Shown here: positions 9,024 through 19,559 of the stretch, piece after piece
Position numbering within the stretch: position 1 is the first letter of the stretch
Layout of the letters: each line of letters opens with the position of its first letter
DNA from: Candidatus Omnitrophota bacterium
GTDB lineage: Bacteria; Omnitrophota; Gorgyraeia; Gygaellales; Profunditerraquicolaceae
Direction of reading: 5' to 3'
Assembly: GCA_030650425.1 (NCBI GenBank)
Contig: JAUSED010000010.1
Location: 10,104 to 74,103 of the forward strand
Length of the DNA stretch: 64,000 nucleotides
The notes under the pieces: generated by a model
Database searches by the model: none
The model's input: only the letters and a program-made list of their open reading frames with translations
What the model was told of the DNA's origin: nothing
Position numbers and translations under genes: made by a program

Positions 9024-10154
9024 ATGTTAAATTTCTCGATAGCTAAAAGCCTGAATGAAATTCCGCGCCAAGAGTGGGATAATCTTTTTGGTGAAGAGCT
9101 GATTGAAAGTTATGGCTACCTGAAAACGTTAGAAGCTGGCGGAGTTAAGGAATTTGCTTTCGGATATCTAGTTGGGAAAAGAAATAGCCACATCGTTCTC
9201 ATCCTCCCCTTTTTCATTATGGACTTCTCCTTCGCGATGCTAGCCCCTGAATTCCTACACAAACTAGCCAATATCTTTAACCGTTGGTTAAGCATGAAAA
9301 TAATTTTCTTAGGCTCTCCTACTACCGAAGGATTCTCAATGGGCCTATCACCCAATGAAGATGCCGAAGCAATTTTAGATCAAGCTATAGAAGAATTACG
9401 GGCATTTTCTAGAAAAGAAAAGATCGCGGCTATGGCCTTTTATAATCTCTCGTCAAAATACCTGAAATTAGCTGAATACCTCAAGCGAAAAAAATTCCTG
9501 AAAATGGAGACATTGCCTACTACTACGATTGATATAAAAGCGGAGTCACTTGAAGAATACATCCAAGGGTTGGGGAAAAATACCCGGAAAGACTTAAAGA
9601 AAAAATTACGCCGCTCTCAAGAACTCGTCCAGCTTAAAACCGAAACACGCGTGGAGATATCCGATATCATTGACGATGTTTACAGGTTATATATGAATAA
9701 CGTGAATGACGCGGATGTGCATTTTGAAACCCTGACCAAAGAATTCTTCCTGAATATCTGCCGGAATATGCCCGGCGTGGCTAAATATTTTATTACTTAC
9801 GATCAACATAAAATCGTAGCCTTTAACTTATGTCTAATCAAAGATGGAGTTTTTATTGATAAGTTTATCGGATTCGATTACGCGGTGGCCCACCAGTATC
9901 ATCTTTACTACACTACCTTCTGCCAGAATATGGACTGGTGCATTAAAAACGAGATGCGAGTTTATCAGCCGGGATTTAGCGACTATCATCCTAAAATACG
10001 GCTGGGCGCGCAGCTTATACCGCTGGATATTTATGCCAAGGCCTTTAATCCACTGCTCAATGCATTGATCAGGCTAATTAAACCATTAATTGAACCGAAA
10101 AACTTAGATCCTGTACCTAAGGATTTTCACCCTACAACCATAAACTTTTCATAA
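9024..10154 (+). CDS. GNAT / FemAB-like acyltransferase
   Basis: SLEEYIQGLGKNTRKDLKKKLR and KIRLGA motifs. The ORF-track extension to 8733 runs through repeats, so the start is placed at ATG 9024. The only well-supported + strand CDS. Confidence 0.75.
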   Translation: MLNFSIAKSLNEIPRQEWDNLFGEELIESYGYLKTLEAGGVKEFAFGYLVGKRNSHIVLILPFFIMDFSFAMLAPEFLHKLANIFNRWLSMKIIFLGSPTTEGFSMGLSPNEDAEAILDQAIEELRAFSRKEKIAAMAFYNLSSKYLKLAEYLKRKKFLKMETLPTTTIDIKAESLEEYIQGLGKNTRKDLKKKLRRSQELVQLKTETRVEISDIIDDVYRLYMNNVNDADVHFETLTKEFFLNICRNMPGVAKYFITYDQHKIVAFNLCLIKDGVFIDKFIGFDYAVAHQYHLYYTTFCQNMDWCIKNEMRVYQPGFSDYHPKIRLGAQLIPLDIYAKAFNPLLNALIRLIKPLIEPKNLDPVPKDFHPTTINFS

Positions 10155-12241
10155 TCCGGAAACCGCTGTAATAGTTTATCTTTCAAGAGGATATTCTGCC
10201 GGTACTCCAAACGCAGGTCAAGGTTAAGCAGCTTGATCGCTTCCTCACGGGCCCTTTTCAATAATTGCATCTGAGTGAGGGGATTGGCGATCTTTAATTC
10301 GCTTAAACCATGCTGTTGGCGGCCAAAAAACTCACCCGGCCCTCTAATTCTTAAATCCTCTTCGGCAATCTTAAAACCGTCATTGTATTTAACCATAGCA
10401 TCCAGGCGCGCCTTAGCCTCATCTGTCTGGCTATCGGAAATTAACACGCAAATAGATTCGTCTTTACCTCTACCTACCCTGCCGCGCAATTGGTGCAGTT
10501 GACTCAAGCCAAAACGCTCAGCATGCTCAATAATCATACAAGTGGCGTTAGGAATATCAATACCTACCTCTAACACCGTAGTAGAGACCAAAACATTAAT
10601 CTTAGCTGACTTAAATCCTGACATCACCGCATCCTGTTCTTCTCGCTTAAGCCTGCCATGGATCAAGCCTACTTTGAAATCCTTAAATTCTCCTGCTTTT
10701 AACTCCGCGTACATTTTTTTAGCTCCGGAGATATCCAAGACGTAAGATTCGTCAATCACCGGATAAATGATATACACCTGCCGGCCTAATTTTAGTTCTT
10801 CTTTGGCCAGCTTATAGGCCTCGCTTCTATGCGCCTGCTCGAATAAAAGCGTTTTTACCGGAAGCCTACCTTGCGGAAGCTCATTAATGATCGAAACATC
10901 TAAATCTCCGTAAAGGGTAATCGCTAAGGTCCGCGGGATAGGGGTGGCAGTCATAATCAGAACATCCGGATTTACGCCTTTCGCCGGAAGAAGCAGCCGC
11001 TGGCCCACGCCGAATTTATGCTGTTCGTCGATCACCACCAGCCCCAAGTTTTTAAACTTAACCCCCTGCTCCAAAAGCGCGTGCGTGCCAATCAGCAAAT
11101 CTATGCTTCCTTCTCTTATATCCTGATATATTTTATCTCTCTCTTTCTTGGCGGCACTACTAGTTAATAAACCAACTGCGATTTGTTTCTTCTGACTTCT
11201 GATTTCTGACAGCTGACTTCTGATTTTTTCAAAATGCTGCCAAGCCAATATTTCCGTAGGCACCATCAAAGCCGCCTGATAACCTCCCTGAATGGCCATT
11301 AAACTGGTAGCAGTTGCTACCACTGTCTTACCCGAACCCACATCTCCCTGCAAGAGACGCTGCATAGGGCGAGCTAAAGCCATATCTGATTTTATTTCGG
11401 CGATAACTTTTTCTTGGGCGCTAGTTAGGTGAAAAGGAAGCCCGGAAAGAAAATCTACTACTAATATCCCGCCTACCTTATGCGCGATACCTAATTTATC
11501 TTTCCTTTTTAATTTACGCAAAACCAGCGGCAACTGGAATAAAAAGAATTCTTCAAAGCTTAGGCGCGTGTAGGCTTCTTTTTGCAGGCTGAGGCTTTCC
11601 GGAAAATGTATATTTAATAAAGCCTTGGCTAAATTTAAGAGGTTGTTCCTCTGCCTTATATCATAAGGAAGGCATTCTTTTAATTTAGATAAATATTCAT
11701 CCAGGGCATTTTTGATCAGGCGGCGCAAAGTCCGCTGCGAAAAACCCGCGGGTAAAGAATAAACCGGGACCAAGCGGCCGACTGAAAGCTGCGCGTCAGT
11801 TTCATCGCTGATCATTTCGAACTCAGGATTGCTCATCTGGAGCCGCGAGCCATAGACTTCGACTTTTCCGTATAAGATAACTTCGCTTTCCGGCTTGAAA
11901 TATTCTTTAAGGTACGGCTGATTAAACCAAACGCAAGTTACTCTTCCCGTATCATCAGCTACACTGACTTCGGTAATATTAAACCTGCGCCTGCCTTGCC
12001 TGCCGGCAGGCAGGCGCCAAGAATCATGCTGGCCCAGGGCTAAAACCTTAGCTTTGATCGTCTGGATTTCGCCGGGCTTTAGTTGAGAGATAGGAACAAA
12101 ATTAGTGCGGTCTTCGTACCTGCGGGGGAAATAATAAAACAGGTCGTTAACGGTATTTATTCCGGAGCTGGCAAGATTCTTCGCCCGCTTCGGGCCTACG
12201 CCTTTAAGGTACCTTATAGATGTGTGTTCCGGATTATTCAT
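10127..12241 (-). CDS. recG: ATP-dependent DNA helicase RecG
   Basis: LKGVGPKRA, RLLQGDVGSGKT, DEQHKFGV, MTATPIPRTL, QLRGRVGRG. Confidence 0.97.
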   Translation of the reverse strand: MNNPEHTSIRYLKGVGPKRAKNLASSGINTVNDLFYYFPRRYEDRTNFVPISQLKPGEIQTIKAKVLALGQHDSWRLPAGRQGRRRFNITEVSVADDTGRVTCVWFNQPYLKEYFKPESEVILYGKVEVYGSRLQMSNPEFEMISDETDAQLSVGRLVPVYSLPAGFSQRTLRRLIKNALDEYLSKLKECLPYDIRQRNNLLNLAKALLNIHFPESLSLQKEAYTRLSFEEFFLFQLPLVLRKLKRKDKLGIAHKVGGILVVDFLSGLPFHLTSAQEKVIAEIKSDMALARPMQRLLQGDVGSGKTVVATATSLMAIQGGYQAALMVPTEILAWQHFEKIRSQLSEIRSQKKQIAVGLLTSSAAKKERDKIYQDIREGSIDLLIGTHALLEQGVKFKNLGLVVIDEQHKFGVGQRLLLPAKGVNPDVLIMTATPIPRTLAITLYGDLDVSIINELPQGRLPVKTLLFEQAHRSEAYKLAKEELKLGRQVYIIYPVIDESYVLDISGAKKMYAELKAGEFKDFKVGLIHGRLKREEQDAVMSGFKSAKINVLVSTTVLEVGIDIPNATCMIIEHAERFGLSQLHQLRGRVGRGKDESICVLISDSQTDEAKARLDAMVKYNDGFKIAEEDLRIRGPGEFFGRQQHGLSELKIANPLTQMQLLKRAREEAIKLLNLDLRLEYRQNILLKDKLLQRFPDYEKFMVVG

Positions 12242-12303
12242 ATTTAAAAATATTATACTGTAAGACTAGGGAGTTATCTATAAAAATAGTTTTCCTTCAT
12301 CCC

Positions 12304-12435
12304 AGGGGACACTTTCCTTTGGGCCAGAAGGGGACACTTTCCTTTGGGCCAGAAGGGGACACTTTCCATTGAGTGGCTTCGCCATAGCCCTGACGGAAAG
12401 TGTCCCCCTCTGCGGAAGTTGGAAAATGTCCCCTG
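12304..12435 (+). repeat. Composite family A element with a duplicated 25-bp left unit
   Basis: aggggacactttcctttgggccaga x2, then the same nested element as 8388 with a few substitutions. Confidence 0.9.
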
Positions 12436-12506
12436 CTGCTGGGGTTGCCATAAAATATATTTTCCTAGGGACTTGAAAAACGGAAAAAATATGGCATACT
12501 TATATT

Positions 12507-12607
12507 GCAGGTGGAAGAGAAGCCTGCGAACAAGGAGGTTAGGTAGATAGCGGAAGCTAGAAGGCCTATCACCTACAAGAAAACCCCGAATCACTCGGGG
12601 CTTTTTT
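12507..12607 (+). ncRNA. Candidate small RNA, copy 1
   Basis: TTGAAA-N16-CATACT promoter (12473-12500), core shared with 55650-55683, intrinsic terminator ccccga..tcgggg-c-T6, no start codon after AAGGAGG. Confidence 0.6.
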
Positions 12608-12759
12608 GTTGACAGTAACTCTTTTACCTTCTATACCACCATATCCAGCCAAGTATGCGCACGGCTTAACCACTCATTCTCAAATTCGCGGCCGGTGAGC
12701 GCTGACTGATAGCGATAATCTTCTTTGATGCAATAGACGTAGACACTCATTAGTTTAAA

Positions 12760-13032
12760 TTAAAAATGAGAAAAATAAACACAGCTCTTAAAAGGTAAAT
12801 TCGGCCTAAGGTCTCTTATGGGAACACAGGCAAATTGTTTCCCGGAAACTGTTTTATGTATACCTATCCTATGGTCATAGACAGGACAAAAATATTTTCC
12901 TGCTTCATCCCTCTTTAATTGCTCGCAAGGGTCTCCGTCAAAAGCGCCGCAACAGGCTCCGCACCTCCTGCAGAGGGCCTCATATCTTGCCTGCTCTTCT
13001 TCCTGTTTTCGTAAATACGCTGTTTCATCCAT
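12760..13032 (-). CDS. YkgJ/flagellin-N-methylase-like cysteine-cluster protein
   Basis: CRRCGACC..C..CPVYDHR..C pattern. Confidence 0.7.
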   Translation of the reverse strand: MDETAYLRKQEEEQARYEALCRRCGACCGAFDGDPCEQLKRDEAGKYFCPVYDHRIGIHKTVSGKQFACVPIRDLRPNLPFKSCVYFSHF

Positions 13033-13178
13033 AAAGATATTATACTCGATAAAACAAGAATCCCAAGCTTTTTTCGGACTTGGGATTATTTGTTCCGCAA
13101 TCCTCTCAACTACAAGTAGTTAGATACAACATCTACGGTTTTTTTGAAAATGAAGAAAAGCCGCTACCCGCCGAGCTA

Positions 13179-14147
13179 TTACTGTGCCCTGCTCCATGTC
13201 GAATCGGGATTATAACCTACCATAGCTCCCAGGATCTTATCGGTATCCGGCCCGAGATCTTTCTCATAGACAATACCATTCTGATTAACTATGAATGTCA
13301 TTATTCCTGAAACTGCGTATTCGGCCGGCCATGCTGCCAGCGCAAAACCAGCAACCATGTGTTCGTTAATCAAGTAGCTGTACGCGCCGCCCGGAGCGTT
13401 CGCGCCTTGAGCCGTGAGTATTTTATAATGGTAGCCGTGGTATGGCGCGGGAGATATCATGCAGACCTCACCGACCACGTAACCCTCCTTGCTGGCTGCG
13501 ACAAACAACGGGCCAAGGGGGCTCGGCGGTTCTCCTTCTGTCTCTTCCCAGAAAAGGCCGTCCCGTCTACCAGGCTCGCTGCAAAACTTCCGGGCGTATT
13601 GCATAACCCCATCCATGTCGCGGTCAATGCCGGCATACTCTCTCTGGGCCTGCACAAAAGCCTGACAAGAACTTATAGCGCGAAGCTCATTACGCCCGAT
13701 CCTGCGCTTCAAGAGTTCCTGAAGCCCATCGGCGGTATTAAAAACCCAGCCTGCCTCTTTCTTAACAATAGGAACAGCCATAGGATAACTATCTTTACCG
13801 AGAATGACAGAGACCGTTCCGTTATCGTCTACAAAATTTACTTTCTCCTTATAACTTTTTGCGAATTTAGCGCGGTTATTCTTATCAGCCACCGCATCTC
13901 CCGAATCGATTATATCCTTTCCTTCAGGGCCAAAAATGGCAAGCATTTTTTCCGCGTCATTGCTTTTAGCCGCCTTAACAAGCATTTCCATTGCCTCTTC
14001 CGGAGATTGAAATACGGTTTGAGCCTGGACCCCCCCAGGCGCAAAAAAGACAAAAAGCGTAACGGCCGTAAATAAGAAAACTCCAATAAACGCGGGCATT
14101 ATAAAACAAGCGAATTTTCTTTTCCTAAAATTATTTAATATAACCAT
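13179..14147 (-). CDS. DUF2950 family periplasmic protein
   Basis: RRIGRNEL, PYHGYHYKIL, GIMTFIVNQNGIVYEKDLG; usual partner of DUF3300. Confidence 0.85.
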   Translation of the reverse strand: MVILNNFRKRKFACFIMPAFIGVFLFTAVTLFVFFAPGGVQAQTVFQSPEEAMEMLVKAAKSNDAEKMLAIFGPEGKDIIDSGDAVADKNNRAKFAKSYKEKVNFVDDNGTVSVILGKDSYPMAVPIVKKEAGWVFNTADGLQELLKRRIGRNELRAISSCQAFVQAQREYAGIDRDMDGVMQYARKFCSEPGRRDGLFWEETEGEPPSPLGPLFVAASKEGYVVGEVCMISPAPYHGYHYKILTAQGANAPGGAYSYLINEHMVAGFALAAWPAEYAVSGIMTFIVNQNGIVYEKDLGPDTDKILGAMVGYNPDSTWSRAQ

Positions 14148-14204
14148 CTTCTCCCTCCCGATTATTTAAATTTATACTTATAATTCCACAATACGGCTTA
14201 GGGT

Positions 14205-15611
14205 TCACCGGCGGTTGTCTCTCCGGTCTTCACCTCTGCGGTCCTGTCTGCTATCGCTCCTGCTTCCGCCGCCCCCTCTACTACCGTCGTCGCCTTGGCG
14301 CGAACGTCCGCTACCTCCCCTAACCCTAATCTCCTGTGTGCTGGATTGCCCGCGAAAGCTAGCTGCGCGTTCGCTTCCGCCTCTACCCACGCCGCTAAAG
14401 ACGTTGACATTTTCTCTGCCGCGGCCGGAAATTACAGGCCTCGCGGCTTCCTGAAGCTGAGCGCCACGGGATAGAGAACCCGTTGCCTGCCGAGGCCTTT
14501 CGCTAACTTGCGCCCTATCTCTGCCTCTCAATTCAACCCTCGGAATCTCTCTGGATTGCCTGCCACGGCCACTGGATCCTCTCATTTGTTCCGAAGGCCT
14601 TGCGCCTACCGCGGTTCCAGCGCCGCTAATACGATCCGACGGCCCTGACTGAACTTGAGCGCGGCCGCGAAATTCAGAAGCAGCTTCCGCCCTCTCTGAA
14701 GACCTGGAAACACGCCGGCCCTCAAAACGCTGAGCCGTAATTGAATCGCGATACTTCACGCCCCTGCGATACCGAGAGTCATGATGCCAGGCGTCATATT
14801 TTTTCCCCCTGTCGACATGAAAACGGTTCACGTGCCTAAAGTTCTTGACTACAAAAACATTAAAATTGCTGACATGGATAAATACGCCATGGAAACGCCA
14901 GTCGCAAAAAAATGATCCCCATCCCCACCACGCGTTGACATAATACCCTCTCAAAAACGGGCCTCTTATATATCCGGGATAATAGCAGTAATATGGCGGA
15001 TAATCCGGATACCACCAGGTACCGTATATTACACCAGGGTCATATACCGGCACATATACTATTTTCGGTTCGGCTGACTCAATGACTATTATTTTTGTTT
15101 CAGTATCAACCTTAACGGCCTGCTCTTTGCCTGATTTAAGATTACCCTGCGCGTAAGCTTTTTGTCTCAGGCGCTGGACGGAATCCATCACATCGCGCTG
15201 CTGGGCAAGAAAAGCGTTTCCTAATTTAGTGGTCCACTCCAACTGGCTATCCATCATTATCAATACATCAGGGAACTGAAGCAGCGCCTTAACACTCGGC
15301 TCCCAATCCCTGTCAATAGCCGCATCTATCAAGGCCTGTTCCTTTAACCCGGAGTTATCCTTTATAAACCTGCTAGCAGAAACGATATCCAAGGGGTAAG
15401 TCGCAGCCGTGAGAACCTGCGCCAGAAGCGCGTCAGGATACAAAGCAATGGGCGCGAGCATCTGGTCTAATTCTTCCGGCCTGAAAGCTTGCTCAATATT
15501 CTCTGCAGGCATGGTATCGGTATATTCCTGCGCCCTCGCCGCAAACGGAAGAACGAGTAAGGATAAAAAAACGAATAGCATCGCGCGTTTAAGATTTCTT
15601 TCCTTCTTCAT
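14205..15611 (-). CDS. DUF3300 family protein with an R/G/S-rich tail
   Basis: ELDQMLAPIALYPDALLAQVL, VYVPVYDP. Confidence 0.88.
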   Translation of the reverse strand: MKKERNLKRAMLFVFLSLLVLPFAARAQEYTDTMPAENIEQAFRPEELDQMLAPIALYPDALLAQVLTAATYPLDIVSASRFIKDNSGLKEQALIDAAIDRDWEPSVKALLQFPDVLIMMDSQLEWTTKLGNAFLAQQRDVMDSVQRLRQKAYAQGNLKSGKEQAVKVDTETKIIVIESAEPKIVYVPVYDPGVIYGTWWYPDYPPYYCYYPGYIRGPFLRGYYVNAWWGWGSFFCDWRFHGVFIHVSNFNVFVVKNFRHVNRFHVDRGKKYDAWHHDSRYRRGVKYRDSITAQRFEGRRVSRSSERAEAASEFRGRAQVQSGPSDRISGAGTAVGARPSEQMRGSSGRGRQSREIPRVELRGRDRAQVSERPRQATGSLSRGAQLQEAARPVISGRGRENVNVFSGVGRGGSERAASFRGQSSTQEIRVRGGSGRSRQGDDGSRGGGGSRSDSRQDRRGEDRRDNRR

Positions 15612-15884
15612 AGCAATATCCCCTTTCTAATCTTAAAAAGTGAGTATAATATTCTGCCCTTATTGACTTTATTATAAACATAACCGCCTGAAAATGAATT
15701 GGCTTATTCAGCTTATTTCTGACTTTTTTCTACTTATTTGAAAAAATCTATGGTCAAACTATGTGATCATAGATTTTCGACAAGGGGATGACCTCTCTGT
15801 AAGCAGCTACAGGAAAAATAATCAAATCTTTTCCATAAATTTGTCCGCCTATGGCCATTTTGCCGTATGAGTATGATTCGATCT

Positions 15885-16577
15885 TCATTCCGCCACCTTA
15901 AGATGCTTTAAAAACCAACCCTTTGCCAGTTCAGCGACTTTCTCCAATGCGCCTGGCTCCTCAAAAAGATGCGTCGCGCCGGGTACAATTATAAGTTCTT
16001 TTTCCGCTTTAATTTTATTTAACGCTTCTTCATTTATCTTAATCACCTGGTGATCATTGCCGCCAACAATTAAAAGGACGGGCGCTTTCACGGTAGAAAG
16101 GCTCTCGCCGGCCAAATCAGGCCTGCCGCCTCGGGAAACGATCGCGTGAATACTTTCTACTGCCTTTGCCGCAGCTTTTAACGCGCTGGCTGCCCCGGTA
16201 CTTGCGCCGAAATATCCTATGTCGAAATTCTTCGTCGAAGGATTATGACTTAACCAATCCGTCGCGCTAAGTAAACGTCCCGTAAGTAGCTCTATATCGA
16301 ATCTGAACTGCGCGGTTATGGCGTCCAACTCATCTTCATCTTTAGTTAGAAGATCGACCAATAATGTTGCTATGAATGCCTTATTTAAATACTCTGCCAC
16401 TAACCTATTTCTCGGACTAAACCTGCCGCTTCCGCTGCCATGAGAAAAAATAACGGCATATTTAGCTCCGGGCGGCACGATTAAATCGCCAAAGATACTT
16501 GCCTTTCCGCTCTTGATCTCAATGTTCTTCGAGATCACTATGCGGGGCCTTTTTAAATTCAAGGACTTTTTCAACAT
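15885..16577 (-). CDS. Alpha/beta hydrolase (dienelactone hydrolase-like)
   Basis: HGSGSGRFSPRN, GYFGASTGA, SRGGRPDLA, ATHLFEEPG. Confidence 0.85.
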   Translation of the reverse strand: MLKKSLNLKRPRIVISKNIEIKSGKASIFGDLIVPPGAKYAVIFSHGSGSGRFSPRNRLVAEYLNKAFIATLLVDLLTKDEDELDAITAQFRFDIELLTGRLLSATDWLSHNPSTKNFDIGYFGASTGAASALKAAAKAVESIHAIVSRGGRPDLAGESLSTVKAPVLLIVGGNDHQVIKINEEALNKIKAEKELIIVPGATHLFEEPGALEKVAELAKGWFLKHLKVAE

Positions 16578-16923
16578 TTATCACCAATTCTCTCTCTGCT
16601 TGCGGCGAAGGCTCCTCTTTTTCCAACTTCCGGTCATACCCGTCAAGAATCGCGATTTCTCTCAAATCCTCTCTCTTACCCAACAACTGATAACCGACAT
16701 CGCGTTCTTTATCCCATACAATAACCCCGATACCTGCTTTATTTTTAAGATTCATTACCGTACCGGGACAGAACCATCCGGCTACCGATAATTGTCCTTT
16801 AGGGCTAATGCCGATTTTAGTTGCTACAGTAAGATGCGGATACATATCATCAGCAGTGGTTAAAAAAACATACCCTAATTCCTGCCCTAGATTAACTGCT
16901 TTCTCAATCAATTCATTTCTCAT
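16519..16923 (-). CDS. Pyridoxamine 5'-phosphate oxidase-like protein
   Basis: LTTAD..PH, TVMNL, GYQLLG pattern. Confidence 0.65.
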   Translation of the reverse strand: MRNELIEKAVNLGQELGYVFLTTADDMYPHLTVATKIGISPKGQLSVAGWFCPGTVMNLKNKAGIGVIVWDKERDVGYQLLGKREDLREIAILDGYDRKLEKEEPSPQAERELVINVEKVLEFKKAPHSDLEEH

Positions 16924-17047
16924 TTTTAATGCTCCTTAGTTCTAACTGCCTTTTTTAAAATCTCCGTGACTTCTTCATCGGAAGCCTGTTCAATAAGAGA
17001 CAATGCGCGATTTTCCCACTTATTCTCCTCTTGCCTTTATGCATAAC

Positions 17048-17834
17048 TCATCCTGAGGAATGCAAGCGTGAATATAACACTTGGATCGTATTGCCCGGTA
17101 AGCGGCTGAACGTAATCTTCGCCGGTGATTCAATGAGATGAAAGAAACCGTTTCGTATAAGCACGCCAATATTAAAAAAATCTCTCGCCAGCGGTACGCT
17201 GAATTCTGCCGGAGCGTGTTCGCGCTTGCGTAAAAGGTCTGCTCTTAAAATAGCGAGTTCTGCCATAGATACGCTGGAAGGGATAGGGTAATCGAAGATA
17301 TCTGCCGGCACTTTCAGAAAATCCCCATGCGAAGATTCGATCCACTCGCCATCTACCCTGTATTCTTGAACCTTGGAGAAAAACTCATCCATTTCGTCCG
17401 TAAACATACCTGTCTCTTCATGCAAATAGGTTAAAAATAACAGCACAGATGCCGAATCCTGTAAAAAACCTTCTTCTTGAACATGAGAATCTATCGAACT
17501 ATGATAAATCTCACTGCCGAAACAATTAACATCTCTTAATCGCCGGAAAATATCCTCTGCCTTGCTAAGGAATTTTTTATCTTCAAGATACCTAAATGGA
17601 AACAAAGTTTGCGTTAAGATAGCCCGCTATTTCTTTATTGTTGAATGCTTCCCGCGCCATCACATGACACCAATGGCACGTGGAATATCCTATTGAAGCA
17701 AAAATGATCTTGTTTTCGGATCGGGCATGCTCAAGGACGCTCTCGTCCCATTCCTGCCACCATACGGGGTTATCCTTATGCTGTTGTAGATATGGCGAGC
17801 TTGCCTTGCCTAAGTTATTCTGTGTAAAAACCAT
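17048..17834 (-). pseudogene. Internally deleted and frameshifted YyaL/DUF255 thioredoxin-domain gene
   Basis: NNLGKASSPYLQQHKDNPVWW..SIGYSTCHWCHVM stops at FVSI*; a C-terminal-like fragment (GFLQD..D.PIPSSVS) follows in another frame. Confidence 0.75.
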
Positions 17835-17874
17835 CGAAAAAATTATCCCCCGCATTTTATATTTTTTAAACAAC

Positions 17875-18291
17875 TTAGGCAGGCTCGGAAACTTTTTCCA
17901 GAATTTTACAGGCAGTCTCACGGCTCCCCCGTAATACAATATCGCCGAGAGAAAGCATCCCCACCAGTTCTTTGTCATGATTTATAACGGGGAGCCTTCG
18001 TATTTTTTTATTTTCCATTTTATCGGCAACTCTTCCTACCTCTTCATCCTCGAAGCACCATTCGACTTTCGAAGACATTATCTCCTTAACCTTCGTAGAG
18101 CTGGGGTCTTTTCCCTCGGCTGTCAGGCGGACCGTTATGTCGCGATCCGTCACGATACCAACGAGACGGTTATTTTCACACACTGGCAATACTCCGATAT
18201 TGAGATCTCTCATCTTTTGCGATACCTCCTTAACGGATGTTTCCGGCCTTACAACTTCGATCTTCGTCGTCATCTCATTTTTTACCTGCAT
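17875..18291 (-). CDS. CBS-domain pair protein
   Basis: LVGIVTDRDI, IRRLPV..LVGMLSLGDI. Confidence 0.9.
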   Translation of the reverse strand: MQVKNEMTTKIEVVRPETSVKEVSQKMRDLNIGVLPVCENNRLVGIVTDRDITVRLTAEGKDPSSTKVKEIMSSKVEWCFEDEEVGRVADKMENKKIRRLPVINHDKELVGMLSLGDIVLRGSRETACKILEKVSEPA

Positions 18292-18315
18292 AGCATCCTC
18301 CTTTAATTTCTTAAT

Positions 18316-19098
18316 TCATTTAATAAATATCTCCTTAAAAAATGCTTTCATTGCTTCCCAAGAACGCATATCTGCCTCCCTGTTGTATGCCAACCCCTTG
18401 GAAGGATCATTGCCCGAATCAGGATTGGTAAAACTATGCACCGCATTTCCATAAATATTCATCTGCCAGTCACAATTCGCGGCGCGCATTTCATTCTGAA
18501 ACGCGGCCACCTGTTCTTGAGGCACAAGCGGGTCATCCGCGCCATGACAGACCAATATTTTTGCTCTGATATTTTTGGCGTCTTCGGGATGCGGCGTATC
18601 GAGGTTGCCGTGAAAACTTACCGCACCGGATAGATCAGCGCCGCCGCGCGCAAGCTCTAATACCGTGCCTCCTCCGAAACAATATCCAATAGCCGCGGTG
18701 CGTGTTACATCTACAAACTTACACTTCTTTAGCTCTGCAAGGCCTGCTTTTGCGCGCTCGCGCAGCAATTGCCTATCAGACCGATAAAAAGTCGCCTGTT
18801 GAGCGGCTTCTTTTGTGTCTTTCGGCCTTATGCCCTTGCCGTAAATATCAGCGCAAAAAGCAACATAACCGAGAGCCGCTATTTCTTGGGCGCGCCTTTT
18901 GACATAAGGCCCTATTCCTGTCCATTCATGCACGATCAAAACCCCGGGTACCTTGTCTTTACGAGAATCATCATAAACCAGGTAACCTTCAAGCACGGTG
19001 TTGTCCTGTTTATACTCTACTGTTTCCGTCTGCATAGCCGCGTAAGCCTTTATGGAAGAAGACAAAAATATTAAAATAAATAGAACAAGATACTTCAT
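18316..19098 (-). CDS. Secreted dienelactone hydrolase family protein
   Basis: HEWTG, GYCFGG, SFHG, HSFT; signal peptide from MKYL (start 19098 preferred over 19137). Confidence 0.88.
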   Translation of the reverse strand: MKYLVLFILIFLSSSIKAYAAMQTETVEYKQDNTVLEGYLVYDDSRKDKVPGVLIVHEWTGIGPYVKRRAQEIAALGYVAFCADIYGKGIRPKDTKEAAQQATFYRSDRQLLRERAKAGLAELKKCKFVDVTRTAAIGYCFGGGTVLELARGGADLSGAVSFHGNLDTPHPEDAKNIRAKILVCHGADDPLVPQEQVAAFQNEMRAANCDWQMNIYGNAVHSFTNPDSGNDPSKGLAYNREADMRSWEAMKAFFKEIFIK

Positions 19099-19247
19099 CC
19101 TGCACTTTTCCTCCGGATAAGCTGCCTTAATTACCATGACTATACAGAGATAAACTTAATTGGTGAATAGGCTGAATCTGTTTTTCTTTGACTTTTTTCT
19201 ATTAGGATAGAATTGAATTATATAACGTGGTTTCTATGTATTAGGAA

Positions 19248-19307
19248 AGGAGCCGGCCCTCAGCATACAGCTATTGGAAAATTTGAGAGGTCAGCCTCGT
19301 AAGGACG
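19248..19307 (+). repeat. Family D imperfect palindrome; also 30100-30161 and a partial copy at 15781-15815
   Basis: 19273-19307 and 30127-30161 match at 32/35 nt (attggMaaatttgagaggtSaRcctcgtaaggacg). Confidence 0.75.
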
Positions 19308-19345
19308 GGAGTAATATTCGACAAGAGGAAATATACTGCTCCCTC

Positions 19346-19486
19346 CTAAGGAACCTTTCCCGTTGGCCGCTCATTTTTCTTTTCTTTATCGCCTTGATTT
19401 CCTTTAATAATTACAAATATAAAGAATAATACTACTGCCCCTAAAAACATATACACAGGCCAATCTTGCCACAGGTTGCCAGTCAT
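19346..19486 (-). CDS. Small single-pass membrane protein (46 aa)
   Basis: MTGNLWQDWPVYMFLGAVVLFFIFVIIKG..; strong AAGGAGG SD. Confidence 0.6.
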   Translation of the reverse strand: MTGNLWQDWPVYMFLGAVVLFFIFVIIKGNQGDKEKKNERPTGKVP

Positions 19487-19559
19487 ATTACCCCTCCTTA
19501 TTATTTCATCGTTATTTGATACTAATAATAAGCGTTTAAGAATGCCGTGCTCCAGCCTG

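Noticed and set aside
12274-12594. ORFs 12274..12594, 12344..12550 and 50281..50469
   Set aside because: These are open frames of the composite repeat, not independent genes.
12630-12750. 39-aa - strand ORF MSVYVYCIKEDYRYQ..
   Set aside because: No SD or recognisable motif; at most a gene fragment.
13359-14075. 238-aa + strand ORF and other + strand ORFs inside - strand genes
   Set aside because: Antisense shadows of well-supported genes.
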